DNA of 64,000 bases. Origin: an uncultured Christensenellaceae bacterium (lineage in GTDB: Bacteria > Bacillota > Clostridia > Christensenellales > UBA3700). Position numbers and translations under genes: made by a program. Within the stretch, counting starts at the first letter, position 1; each line of letters begins with the position of its first letter. Below, in pieces: positions 45,110 through 54,419 of this stretch. The notes under the pieces were generated by a model. The model was not told the origin of the DNA and did no database searches. It was given only the letters and a program-made list of their open reading frames with translations. Location: NCBI GenBank assembly GCA_944380295.1, contig CALWHE010000006.1, forward strand, positions 11,670-75,669, read 5' to 3'.

Positions 45110-45968
45110 TTAAATATTATTTACGAATTTTGCGGATACTCCGCCGCGAATATTATATCATCAACCGGGCAAAAAAGTAAACAAAATAAACGTGGTTTCT
45201 GCCCCTGCCGCAAAGCGGCGTATCGCAAACGTGACGGGCAGCGTGCCGCTGCACCCGGAGCGCGGGGCGCTCCGCCCCTTACACGCCTTGACGTTGCTTT
45301 TCCGTTTGTTCTGCTAATCTCTTCGCAATACTTCCATATCAAAGTGTAATAAAGCGCGGCAAAATCGGCAATGTTACGCTGTCTTGCGCGCCGGCTGTTT
45401 TGGACGGCGGGAAGTCACACTTTTAAGACTATGCGATGCAAAGAGATGAAGTAAGTAATGTAAATGAAGTTACTTCAAGGCGTATAAGAGTGCAGCATGT
45501 TTCTGTCGCTCTTGCCACGCTCTATTACACTTTATTAAGAGCGAGTATTGCAAAAAGATCAGACGGAAAGACGAACAAGTTACTTCAAGGCTTGATCAGG
45601 GGTGGAGCGCCCCGCGCTCCGGGTGCAGCGTCACGCTGCCGCCCCGCGCTCCCCGCCACGCACGACGAGCGCGGAGCTGTATCGTTTTTCTGTCGCTCTT
45701 GCTATGTTTTATCGCATTTTATTTAATGTGCCCACAGCACCGCCACGCACGACGAGCGCGGAGCTGTATCGTCGTGCATTTCACGTGCCCTCTCGTCGCT
45801 TTGCGGTTTGAGGGCACATTTCACGTTTTTGCCTTGCAAGGCAAAAACATTTCACTTTTGCGCGGAAGTTATGCTCGCTTTCCGCTCACATATATCCGCG
45901 CAAAAATTTCACGTCCGGAGCCGCCAAACATTTTTGTCGCTTTTCACTCTTCTTTGGCGGCGCAGGAC
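45110..45968 (+). repeat. Mosaic repeat region between pckG and clpC; its last hairpin overlaps the clpC 3' end
   Basis: P1/P2 boxes at about 45228..45275 and 45599..45660. F module at about 45500..45600. Cassette at about 45640..45968 with four ATTTCAC. Confidence 0.9.
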
Positions 45969-48487
45969 ACCTTAAATCCCCCGTCTTTGACGGTGAGTTC
46001 GACGCTGTCGCCCTCTTTGATCTCGCCGGCGAGCAGCTTTTCCGAGAGCATGTCTTCCACATTGCGCTGGACGGCGCGGCGCAGAGGTCTGGCGCCGTAT
46101 TCCTTGTTATAGCCCTTTTCTATCAGCAGATCGCACGCCGCCTCGTCAAAGGTGAAGGTGATGTTGCGCTCTTTGAGGCGCTTTGCAACATCGTTCAGCA
46201 TCTTGGTGCAGATGGTGCGCATATCCGCCTTTTCCAGGCTGCGGAAGATGATGATATCGTCTATGCGGTTGATGAATTCGGGCTTGAAAGCGTCTTTGAG
46301 CGCCTGCATCTGCCTGTCTCTCACGTTTTCGTAATCCTGCTCTGCGGAGCCGAAGCCCAGGCGGGAATTTTTTATCTCCCCCGCGCCAATGTTGGAGGTC
46401 ATGATGATGATGGTGTTTTTGAAGTTGACCTCCCTGCCGTGCGAGTCTTTGAGGTGACCGTCGTCCAGCACCTGCAAAAGCACGTTGAACACGTCCGGGT
46501 GCGCCTTTTCTATCTCGTCGAACAAGATGACGGAATAAGGATGGCGGCGCACTTTTTCCGTGAGCTGACCGCCCTCGTCGTAACCCACGTAGCCGGGCGC
46601 GGAACCGATGAGTTTGGACACGTTGAACTTTTCCATATATTCGGACATATCCACGCGTATCATCAGGTTTTCGTCGCCGAACATTGCCTCCGCCAGGGCT
46701 TTGGAAAGCTCCGTCTTGCCCACGCCGGTGGGACCCAGGAAGATGAACGAACCTATCGGGCGGCGGCGGTCCTGCACGCCGGCGCGGGCGCGGCGCACCG
46801 CTCTTGCCACGGCGGACACCGCCTCGTCCTGTCCGATCACGCGCTTGCGCAGCTCCTCTTCCAGGTGCAGAAGTTTGGACGATTCGCTCTCCGTCAGCTT
46901 GGCGACGGGAATGGACGTGGTGAGCGACACCACTTCCGCAATGTCCTTATCGTCGATGGCAAGCTCCGTCTGCGCCTTGTCGCTGCCCCACTTTTTCTTG
47001 CCTTCCGCAATTTGGGCGTTCAGCTTCTTGATCTTGTCGTCTATCTCCGCGCACTTGGCGTATTCGCGCCTGTCCACGTGGTTTTTCAGCTCTATGTTCA
47101 GCTTGTTCACCTCTTCTTCCATGTCCTTGATGGGCTGAGGCAGCACAAAGTTGGACACCTTCTTTTTCGCCATCGCCTCGTCTATGAGGTCGATCGCCTT
47201 ATCGGGCAAAAATCTGTCCGATATATACCTGTCTGAGAGCACGGCGGCGGCTTCTATGGCGGAGTCGGATATCTTCACGTTGTGGAACTTTTCGTATTTG
47301 GAGCGCAAACCTTTGAGAATGGTCTGCGTTTCCTCCACCGTGGGCGGCTCCACCATGATGGGCTGCAACCTGCGCTCCAAAGCGGCGTCTTTTTCTATAT
47401 ATTTGGTATACTCGGCGATGGTGGTGGCGCCTATTGTCTGCAACTCTCCGCGCGCCAAAAGCGGCTTTAAGATGTTTGCCATATCCAAAGAACTGTCACC
47501 GGAAGCGCCCGCACCCACGATGAGGTGAATTTCGTCGATGAAGAGAATGATGTTGGAGTCCGATTTGATGAAATCGAGCAGTTTTTTCATCCTCTCTTCA
47601 AACTCGCCGCGGTATTTGGTGCCCGCCATCAGCCCCGCCACGTCCAGGGAAAAGATGGTCTTGCCACGCAGTGTTTCCGGCACTTCGCCCGCCACGATGG
47701 CTTGCGCCAATCCTTCCACAATGGCGCTCTTGCCCACGCCCGGCTCGCCGATGAGCACGGGATTGTTTTTGGTGCGGCGGGAGAGCACTTCTATTATCCT
47801 GTCTATCTCCTTGCTCCTGCCGATGACGGGGTCCAGCTTGCCCTCGCGCGCCTTTTGCGTGATGTCCGTGCCCAGCTTTTCCATCTCCTTGGAGATGCCG
47901 CCCTTGCGCGGCTTTTCCGCCTCGCGTTCGCCGCCGCGCGCTCTCGGACGGGGATCATCGCCCACCAAGCGCCGCTCGAACATGCGGCGCATCTCATCGA
48001 ACGGATCGAGCTCCTCTTCGTCGTCTTCGTCTTCGTCCTCGCCAAAGTTCATATTGCCGGGCGAATCGATGTTGAGCACGAGCCGCCTTGCCTTGTCGCG
48101 CAGCTCGTTCACGTCCACGCCCAAAGCCATCAGCTTTTGCACGGCGTAAGAATCGCGCATGTTAAGCACGCCGAACAGCAAAAGCGCGGAATTTATCTCG
48201 CCGCCCTCCGTGTTGTTTGCCGCCGCGGCGCACCAGTCCAGCACCTTGCGCGTGCGGTCGGACAGCCGCACTTTGTCGAGCGGCGTTTCTCTGTCTGCAT
48301 TGACAAAATCGGGCACGTTGCCCTGCGAGAGCGAATATTCCTGCAAAAGCGGACGCGCAAAACAGTCCACGCCCAGCATGGCGGCAAGGAAAAACTCCGT
48401 GCCCAGCAGACCCGCGCTCGTGTGTGCGGCAAGTTTACCTGCCGCCGTTACCACTCTGTTACACTCTTCCGTAAAATTATAATCCAT
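45944..48487 (-). CDS. clpC: ATP-dependent Clp protease ATP-binding subunit ClpC
   Basis: Clp N-domain repeats, two AAA modules ([16 protein letters not shown]), a UVR-like middle domain. Start trimmed to ATG 48487 (MDYNFTEE) after GGAGGAAG. Downstream of mcsB. Confidence 0.95.
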   Translation of the reverse strand: MDYNFTEECNRVVTAAGKLAAHTSAGLLGTEFFLAAMLGVDCFARPLLQEYSLSQGNVPDFVNADRETPLDKVRLSDRTRKVLDWCAAAANNTEGGEINSALLLFGVLNMRDSYAVQKLMALGVDVNELRDKARRLVLNIDSPGNMNFGEDEDEDDEEELDPFDEMRRMFERRLVGDDPRPRARGGEREAEKPRKGGISKEMEKLGTDITQKAREGKLDPVIGRSKEIDRIIEVLSRRTKNNPVLIGEPGVGKSAIVEGLAQAIVAGEVPETLRGKTIFSLDVAGLMAGTKYRGEFEERMKKLLDFIKSDSNIILFIDEIHLIVGAGASGDSSLDMANILKPLLARGELQTIGATTIAEYTKYIEKDAALERRLQPIMVEPPTVEETQTILKGLRSKYEKFHNVKISDSAIEAAAVLSDRYISDRFLPDKAIDLIDEAMAKKKVSNFVLPQPIKDMEEEVNKLNIELKNHVDRREYAKCAEIDDKIKKLNAQIAEGKKKWGSDKAQTELAIDDKDIAEVVSLTTSIPVAKLTESESSKLLHLEEELRKRVIGQDEAVSAVARAVRRARAGVQDRRRPIGSFIFLGPTGVGKTELSKALAEAMFGDENLMIRVDMSEYMEKFNVSKLIGSAPGYVGYDEGGQLTEKVRRHPYSVILFDEIEKAHPDVFNVLLQVLDDGHLKDSHGREVNFKNTIIIMTSNIGAGEIKNSRLGFGSAEQDYENVRDRQMQALKDAFKPEFINRIDDIIIFRSLEKADMRTICTKMLNDVAKRLKERNITFTFDEAACDLLIEKGYNKEYGARPLRRAVQRNVEDMLSEKLLAGEIKEGDSVELTVKDGGFKVSCAAKEE

Positions 48488-48504
48488 CTTTTCTTCCTCC
48501 TTCC

Positions 48505-49500
48505 TCAGCGGGCGAGCGCTTTTTGCACTATCCTCGCCCTGGTGATATCCCTTTCTTCCGCGTTCAGTTTTTTGCCCGCCGCCTTGCACAGCATTGCAGG
48601 TTGAGTGAGCGTTATCAGCTCGTCCGCCTTATCCGCGTCCGCCGCGATATACTCCAAACAGATGCCCAGCTTTACATAAGCGATCAGCTCCATGAACTCT
48701 TCCGAAGAGATCTTGCATGCGTTGGTAAGCACGCCGTAAGCGCGCATTATCTTGTCTTTCAGGTCAACGCCTCCCCGTCTGGCAAGCTCTTCTCTGGCGG
48801 CGCGTTCGGCGCGGATAAAGCTCTCCGCCACCTTGGTCACGCGCCCCAGTATCTCCTCCTCGCCGGCGCCTATCATCGCCTGGTTGGATATCTGATACAT
48901 AAATCCCTGCGCGCCGCTGCCCTCGCCGTAAACGCCCCTGGCGGTCACGCCGAACTTGGGCAGGGTGTTGAGCACGCTGCCCAGCGACCCGGACAGCGCC
49001 AAGCCGGGCAAAAACACCATAAAAGACGCCCTCATGCCCGCGCCCATGTTGGTGGGGCAGGCGGTGAGATAGCCGTATTTTTCGTCAAAGGCAAAGTCCA
49101 GCTGCGCCGCCATCGCCTTGTCCGCCTCCACCAGCCGCTTGAACGCGCCGGCAAGATCGAAGCCGGACACTATGCACTGCGCGCGGATATGGTCTTCTTC
49201 GTTTATCATCACGGAGAGATCCTGCAAGGCGCTTATCATCACCGCGCCGTAACGCGATCCCACCAGCGCCGGAGAGATGAGGTGCCGCTCCACCAAAGAC
49301 TGCGCCTCTGTGTGATCCAACCCGTTCATGCGATACATGCGGAACTCGCCCAGCGGCGCCAGCGCCTTTTCCACCCCGCGCATGAGCACGGAATATATGC
49401 CCTCTTCACCCGTCAGCTTGTCGGGAAAAGGCAGCGATGTGATGTTGCGGGCAAATCTCACCCGGCTGGAAAAAACCACGTCTTTACTTCTGTCCGTCAT
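48505..49500 (-). CDS. mcsB: Protein arginine kinase McsB
   Basis: ATP:guanido phosphotransferase domain (INEEDHIRAQ, CPTN.G.GMRAS). Operon position between mcsA and clpC. Confidence 0.93.
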   Translation of the reverse strand: MTDRSKDVVFSSRVRFARNITSLPFPDKLTGEEGIYSVLMRGVEKALAPLGEFRMYRMNGLDHTEAQSLVERHLISPALVGSRYGAVMISALQDLSVMINEEDHIRAQCIVSGFDLAGAFKRLVEADKAMAAQLDFAFDEKYGYLTACPTNMGAGMRASFMVFLPGLALSGSLGSVLNTLPKFGVTARGVYGEGSGAQGFMYQISNQAMIGAGEEEILGRVTKVAESFIRAERAAREELARRGGVDLKDKIMRAYGVLTNACKISSEEFMELIAYVKLGICLEYIAADADKADELITLTQPAMLCKAAGKKLNAEERDITRARIVQKALAR

Positions 49501-49507
49501 ATGCGCC

Positions 49508-50032
49508 TCACTTTTTCAGCGCGTCCAGCTTGGCCTGGAGCTGCGCCGCCAATTTGAAATCTCTCACCTTAACCGCCTCGTCTATCTGCGCGGAAAGCGC
49601 CTGCGCCTCGTCCACGGGCTTGATCTTCTCCGTGCTCCGCGCCTGCGCCTCGTCCACGGGCTGCTGCGGCGCCTGTCCCGCCTTTTGCGGCGCGCGCCCG
49701 GTATAAGGTTTGCCGCGCATCTGCTTGTATGTCTGTTCCACTATGTCGGAAAACACGCGGTAACACTCGCTGCACCCGAACCGCAGATTTTTGCGCACGT
49801 CCCGCTCCGTGGTGCCGCACTTGTTGCACACCCTGGCAGTGGTGCGATAACCGCCCATGCCCGACATCAGCATGGCGGCTTCGTTGAAAAAGTCCTGCAC
49901 AAAGTTTTCCCCTTCGCTCAGCCTGGCGGCGCAATGCGCGCACAAATGCTGCTCGCTCTTCACGCCGTTTACGTTGGTCTTGACCACGATGGTCGCCTTG
50001 CGCATGCCGCATATCTGACATATCTCGTCCAT
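49508..50032 (-). CDS. mcsA: McsA, activator of the protein arginine kinase (zinc-finger and UVR motif protein)
   Basis: CxxC pairs (CQICG..CAHCA, CNKCG..CSEC) and a C-terminal UVR-like helix. AAGGAGAGGG RBS. Confidence 0.9.
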   Translation of the reverse strand: MDEICQICGMRKATIVVKTNVNGVKSEQHLCAHCAARLSEGENFVQDFFNEAAMLMSGMGGYRTTARVCNKCGTTERDVRKNLRFGCSECYRVFSDIVEQTYKQMRGKPYTGRAPQKAGQAPQQPVDEAQARSTEKIKPVDEAQALSAQIDEAVKVRDFKLAAQLQAKLDALKK

Positions 50033-50047
50033 ATCCCTCTCCTTTTA

Positions 50048-50494
50048 TCACTTCTGCATCAAAGTGATAAGAATTTGCTTGTATATCTCGCGGCGCAGTC
50101 TGCCGCTGTCTTCCGCCCCCGCCAGGGCTTTTTCCGTGAGCGCCGCCAAAATCAGCGCCTTTTCCCTGTCTGTGACGGCGTTTTGCCCACGCAGCCGCTC
50201 CGCCATGTCCGCGGCGCGGTTCTCCGGCAGCCGCTCCATGCCCTCCAACTCTTTGAGCTGATTTGCCACGGGATCTCCGCTCTGGCTGATCCTCACCAGC
50301 GTGATACCCCCGCCGCCGCGCTTGGAGCGCACGATATAACCCTTGCTCAAAGAAAACCTGGTGGCAAGCACATAATTTATCTGACTGGGAGCCACGGAAA
50401 AATATTGCGCCAAGTCGCCGCGCGACAAGGTTATCTCGTCGCCGCCGCCCAACACGGATAAGATAAATTGTTCTATCTCATCGGAAATATTCAT
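50048..50494 (-). CDS. ctsR: CtsR, class III stress gene repressor
   Basis: SQINYVLATRF and SKRGGGGITLVRI motifs. I prefer ATG 50494 after GGAGGG over the GTG at 50506. Confidence 0.93.
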   Translation of the reverse strand: MNISDEIEQFILSVLGGGDEITLSRGDLAQYFSVAPSQINYVLATRFSLSKGYIVRSKRGGGGITLVRISQSGDPVANQLKELEGMERLPENRAADMAERLRGQNAVTDREKALILAALTEKALAGAEDSGRLRREIYKQILITLMQK

Positions 50495-50514
50495 TCCGCC
50501 CTCCACTCAATGCG

Positions 50515-51000
50515 CCGCCCTTGCGCCGCCTTTTTGTCCGCCTTGCGCTTTGCCCCGCCTGGCTTTTGCCCTAGCTTTGCTTTCCGTTCCGCTTGGCTCT
50601 TGCTCTGCGCTCCGGCTTGGCTTTCGCTCTTGCGTTACGCTCATGCTTGGCTTTTGCCCTGCGTTGCGTTCTGCCCGGCTCTTGCCCTGCGTTGTATTCC
50701 GCTCCGCTTTGGCTTTTGCTCTTGCGTTCCGTTCGGCTCTTGCTTTGCTTTGCGTTCCGCTTGGTCTTTGCCTCGCGTTGCGTTCCGCCCGGCTCTTGCC
50801 CTGCGTTGTATTCCGCTCCGCTTTGGCTTTTGCTCTTGCGTTCCGTTCGGCTCTTGCTTTGCGTTCCGCTTGGTCTTTGCCTCGCGTTGCGCTCCGCCCG
50901 GCTCTTGCTCTGCGTTTCCGCCCCGCTCTTACCTTACATTGCGTTCCGCTTGGTCTTTTCGGTCGTCCGACAGCTCCCTTTGCCTTGTCGCGTTTTTTCG
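50515..51000. repeat. About 490 nt of degenerate tandem repeats between the CtsR-box promoter and ctsR
   Basis: About 110-nt unit seen twice nearly intact at about 50660..50770 and 50771..50880. Shorter gcgttccgcttgg(c/t)ctt.gc-type subrepeats occur throughout. T/C-rich on plus, purine-rich on the transcribed strand. Confidence 0.85.
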
Positions 51001-51024
51001 CGCCCGTTCGGCTCGGTTCGCGTC

Positions 51025-51078
51025 TTTGACCTTGTTTGACCTTTGACTTTATTATACACCTTTTTATGCCGCTGTCAA
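51025..51078 (-). promoter_or_regulatory. Sigma-A promoter with a CtsR operator
   Basis: Minus strand reads TTGACA (51078..51073), 16-nt spacer, TATAAT (51056..51051), then AGTCAAA GGTCAAA CAA GGTCAAA (51048..51025). This matches the CtsR heptad direct repeat consensus exactly. Confidence 0.85.
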
Positions 51079-51193
51079 GGGGTTTGGTGCAAATTTTTTT
51101 GTGAATTTTTTGTAAAGAAAAAAGAAAACTTCGCCGCCGAGGCGACGATCGGCGGAATTTTGCGGTTTTTACAGAAGAAAACAGTCACTCCCC

Positions 51194-51334
51194 TTAATTG
51201 GGCTCTCCCTTTCTTTTGTTTACGTAATAAGCAATGATGGCGGCGCGCTGCTTTCTTATCATTTCCGGCGTTGTGGCTCGTTTGAAGCCGCTCTTGTTTT
51301 TATTTGCTTTTTGACCGATTTTTTTATTCCTCAT
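51194..51334 (-). CDS. Possible small basic protein (46 aa), unannotated and low confidence
   Basis: ATG ORF MRNKKIGQKANKNKSGFKRATTPEMIRKQRAAIIAYYVNKRKGEPN in an AT-rich island. No clear SD. Too short for the ORF track. Confidence 0.2.
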   Translation of the reverse strand: MRNKKIGQKANKNKSGFKRATTPEMIRKQRAAIIAYYVNKRKGEPN

Positions 51335-51618
51335 TATCGAGCGACACCTTGCACTATCTTGCAGAACATTTCAAGTCACGCAAATTGATCGAATGCATGC
51401 AGAATAATGCCGCCCGTCTTGCCGATAAAAAAATGCGGCAACGGCTGGAAGATATGATCGTCAAAATGAAAAAATAATTATAATGAATATATCGGCAATA
51501 AAAACCTATGGGCGCAATGCTCCCCTGCGATAAATCTGTAATACAACTATATTTTAACCGCAAACTTCGCGTTTTTCAAGCGTTTGGGCAAAGCGTTGCG
51601 CTTGAAAGTATGCTCCGC

Positions 51619-51650
51619 ATAAAAAAAGCGGGCACGAATGCCCGCTTTTC
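51619..51650 (-). terminator. Rho-independent terminator of ppdK
   Basis: Minus strand: AGCGGGCA ttcg TGCCCGCT followed by T7, about 20 nt after the stop. Confidence 0.88.
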
Positions 51651-51668
51651 TCCATATGCGTTTGACTT

Positions 51669-54335
51669 TTATTTTTCCTCGATATAAGCCGTTTTGGGAT
51701 CGACCGTTTCTATGCGGGGATTGTTGATGTTGGCTTGCGCCGCCGCCAGGCGTGCGATGGGCACGCGGAAAGGCGAGCAGGACACATAAGTAAGTCCCAC
51801 GTTGTGGCAGAACTCTATGGTGGAAGGATCGCCGCCGTGTTCGCCGCAGATGCCGAGCTTGATGTCCGGGCGGGTGGCTTTTCCGCCTTCTATGGCTATC
51901 TTCATCAGCTTGCCCACGCCCACCTGGTCCAGGCGCGCGAAGGGATCGGATTCAAAGATCTTCTTCCTGTAATAGTCGCCCAGGAACTTGCCGGCGTCGT
52001 CGCGGCTGAACCCGAAGGTCATCTGCGTGAGGTCGTTGGTGCCGAAGGAGAAGAATTCCGCCTCTTTGGCTATCTCGTCCGCGGTGAGCGCGGCGCGGGG
52101 GATCTCTATCATGGTGCCGATGTGATAAACTATCTTCATCTTCTGCTCGTCCATGACCTGTTCCGCCGTTTCCACCACCACGTTTTTGACGTATTTCAGC
52201 TCTTTGACCTCGCCCACGAGCGGTATCATTATCTCGGGCACGACGTTATAGCCTTCTCTGTTCACGGTGATGGCTGCCTCGATGACGGCGCGGGTCTGCA
52301 TGCGCGCGATCTCCGGGAACGTCACGGAGAGGCGGCAGCCGCGGTGACCCATCATGGGGTTGGCTTCATGCAGAGAGGTGATGGTGGCGGACAGCTCTTC
52401 GTAAGAGATGTTCATATCTTTGGCAAGCGCCCTGATGTCCTCTTCCTTCTGCGGCACGAACTCATGCAGCGGCGGATCCAGGAAACGGATGGTGACCGGT
52501 CTGCCCTTCATCGCCTTGTAAAGTCCGATGAAGTCGCCCCTCTGCATGGGCAGCAGCTTGGCAAGCGCCTTTTCGCGCTCTTCGGTGGTCTTGCTCACGA
52601 TCATCTCGCGCACCGCCATGATCCTGTCTTCGGCAAAGAACATGTGCTCCGTGCGGCAAAGACCGATGCCCTCGGCGCCGTAATTGAACGCCTGCTGCGC
52701 GTCATGCGGCGTGTCTGCGTTTGTCCTCACCTGCAAGGCGCGGTAACGGTCCGCCCACTCCATGATGCGGGCAAAGTCGCCGGAAACTTCCGGTTCCACC
52801 GTGGGCAGCTGACCGGCATAAATGTTGCCGGAAGAACCGTCGAGGCAGATAAAATCGTTGGCGGTATACTTTTTGCCGCCGATGACCACTTCTTTCTTTT
52901 CTTCGTCTATCTTCAATTCGCCGCAGCCGGCAACGCAGCATTCGCCCATGCCTCTTGCCACCACCGCCGCGTGGGAAGTCATGCCGCCGCGCGCGGTGAG
53001 CACGCCTTCCGCGGCATACATGCCCTCGATGTCTTCGGGAGAGGTTTCCAACCTCACCAGCACCACCTTTTCGCCGGCGTTTTTGCGCTCCACCGCTTCT
53101 GCCGCGGAGAAAGCTATCTTGCCGCAAGCCGCGCCGGGAGAAGCGGGCAAGCCCTTGGCGATGGGCTTTGCCTCTTTAAGCGCCTTGGCGTCGAACTGCG
53201 GGTGCAGCAGCGCGTCCAGCTGCTTGGGTTCTATCTTCAAAAGAGCCTCTTTTTCCGTGATCATGCCCTCGTCCACCAGGTCGCAGGCGATACGCACCGC
53301 GGCGCGCGCCGTGCGCTTGCCGTTGCGCGTCTGCAACATGAACAGCCTGCCTTCTTCTATGGTGAACTCCATGTCCTGCATGTCTTTATTCTTTTCTTCC
53401 AGCGTTTTGGCGATGGACACGAATTGGTTGTAAACGGCGATGTTGGTCTGCGCCAGATGGTCGATGGGCTGAGGGGTGCGGATACCCGCCACCACGTCTT
53501 CGCCCTGCGCGTTCATCAGATATTCGCCGTATATGTGGTTTTCGCCCGTGGCGGGGTTGCGCGTGAAGGCAACGCCCGTGCCGGAAGTTTCACCCATGTT
53601 GCCGAACACCATGGACTGCACGTTGACCGCGGTGCCCCAGCTGCCGGGGATATCGTTTTCTCTGCGATAGATGATGGCGCGCTCGTTGTTCCAGCTGCGG
53701 AACACGGCTTTGACCGCTTCCACCAGCTGCACTTTGGGATCTTGGGGGAAGTCCTCTTTCATCGCCTTTTTATAGACCGCCTTGAACTTTTTGATCAGCT
53801 CCTGTAAGTCTTCGGCGGTGAGGTCGGTGTCCATTTTAACGCCTTTTGCCTCTTTCACTTCGTCGATTATCTTTTCGAATTCAGACTTGGAAACTCCCAT
53901 GACCACGTCCGAGAACATCTGGATAAATCTGCGGTAGCAGTCGTAAGCAAAACGGGGGTTGTTCGTCTTGGCGGCAAGCCCCTTGACGGAAACGTCGTTC
54001 AGACCCAGGTTGAGAATGGTATCCATCATGCCGGGCATAGACGCTCTTGCGCCCGAACGCACGGAAACGAGGAAAGGATTTTTCTCATCGCCGAACTTTT
54101 TGCCCACGTCTTTTTCCACCAATGCCAGGGTGTTGAAGATCTCTTCCACGATCTCGTCCGCCAGCTTTGCGCCGTCGTCGTAATAGCGCGTGCAAGCTTC
54201 GGTGGTGATGGTGAAGCCGGGAGGCACGGGCATGCCCCAAGAGGTCATCTTGGCGAGGTTGGCGCCTTTGCCGCCGAACAGATCTTTTCTGTCGCCGTCT
54301 GCTTCCTTGAACAAATAAACGTATTTTTTGGACAT
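51669..54335 (-). CDS. ppdK: Pyruvate, phosphate dikinase
   Basis: Full-length PPDK with phosphohistidine motif GGMTSHAAVVARG and a PEP-utilizer C-terminus. Start trimmed to ATG 54335 (MSKKYVYLF) after AGGAGG. Confidence 0.96.
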   Translation of the reverse strand: MSKKYVYLFKEADGDRKDLFGGKGANLAKMTSWGMPVPPGFTITTEACTRYYDDGAKLADEIVEEIFNTLALVEKDVGKKFGDEKNPFLVSVRSGARASMPGMMDTILNLGLNDVSVKGLAAKTNNPRFAYDCYRRFIQMFSDVVMGVSKSEFEKIIDEVKEAKGVKMDTDLTAEDLQELIKKFKAVYKKAMKEDFPQDPKVQLVEAVKAVFRSWNNERAIIYRRENDIPGSWGTAVNVQSMVFGNMGETSGTGVAFTRNPATGENHIYGEYLMNAQGEDVVAGIRTPQPIDHLAQTNIAVYNQFVSIAKTLEEKNKDMQDMEFTIEEGRLFMLQTRNGKRTARAAVRIACDLVDEGMITEKEALLKIEPKQLDALLHPQFDAKALKEAKPIAKGLPASPGAACGKIAFSAAEAVERKNAGEKVVLVRLETSPEDIEGMYAAEGVLTARGGMTSHAAVVARGMGECCVAGCGELKIDEEKKEVVIGGKKYTANDFICLDGSSGNIYAGQLPTVEPEVSGDFARIMEWADRYRALQVRTNADTPHDAQQAFNYGAEGIGLCRTEHMFFAEDRIMAVREMIVSKTTEEREKALAKLLPMQRGDFIGLYKAMKGRPVTIRFLDPPLHEFVPQKEEDIRALAKDMNISYEELSATITSLHEANPMMGHRGCRLSVTFPEIARMQTRAVIEAAITVNREGYNVVPEIMIPLVGEVKELKYVKNVVVETAEQVMDEQKMKIVYHIGTMIEIPRAALTADEIAKEAEFFSFGTNDLTQMTFGFSRDDAGKFLGDYYRKKIFESDPFARLDQVGVGKLMKIAIEGGKATRPDIKLGICGEHGGDPSTIEFCHNVGLTYVSCSPFRVPIARLAAAQANINNPRIETVDPKTAYIEEK

Positions 54336-54419
54336 AACTCCTCCTAAAAATATTGAGAGATATTTTTTGTTACCTCCATTATATATTAAATTGCGCGTAA
54401 AGGCAAGGGAAAAAGGAAA

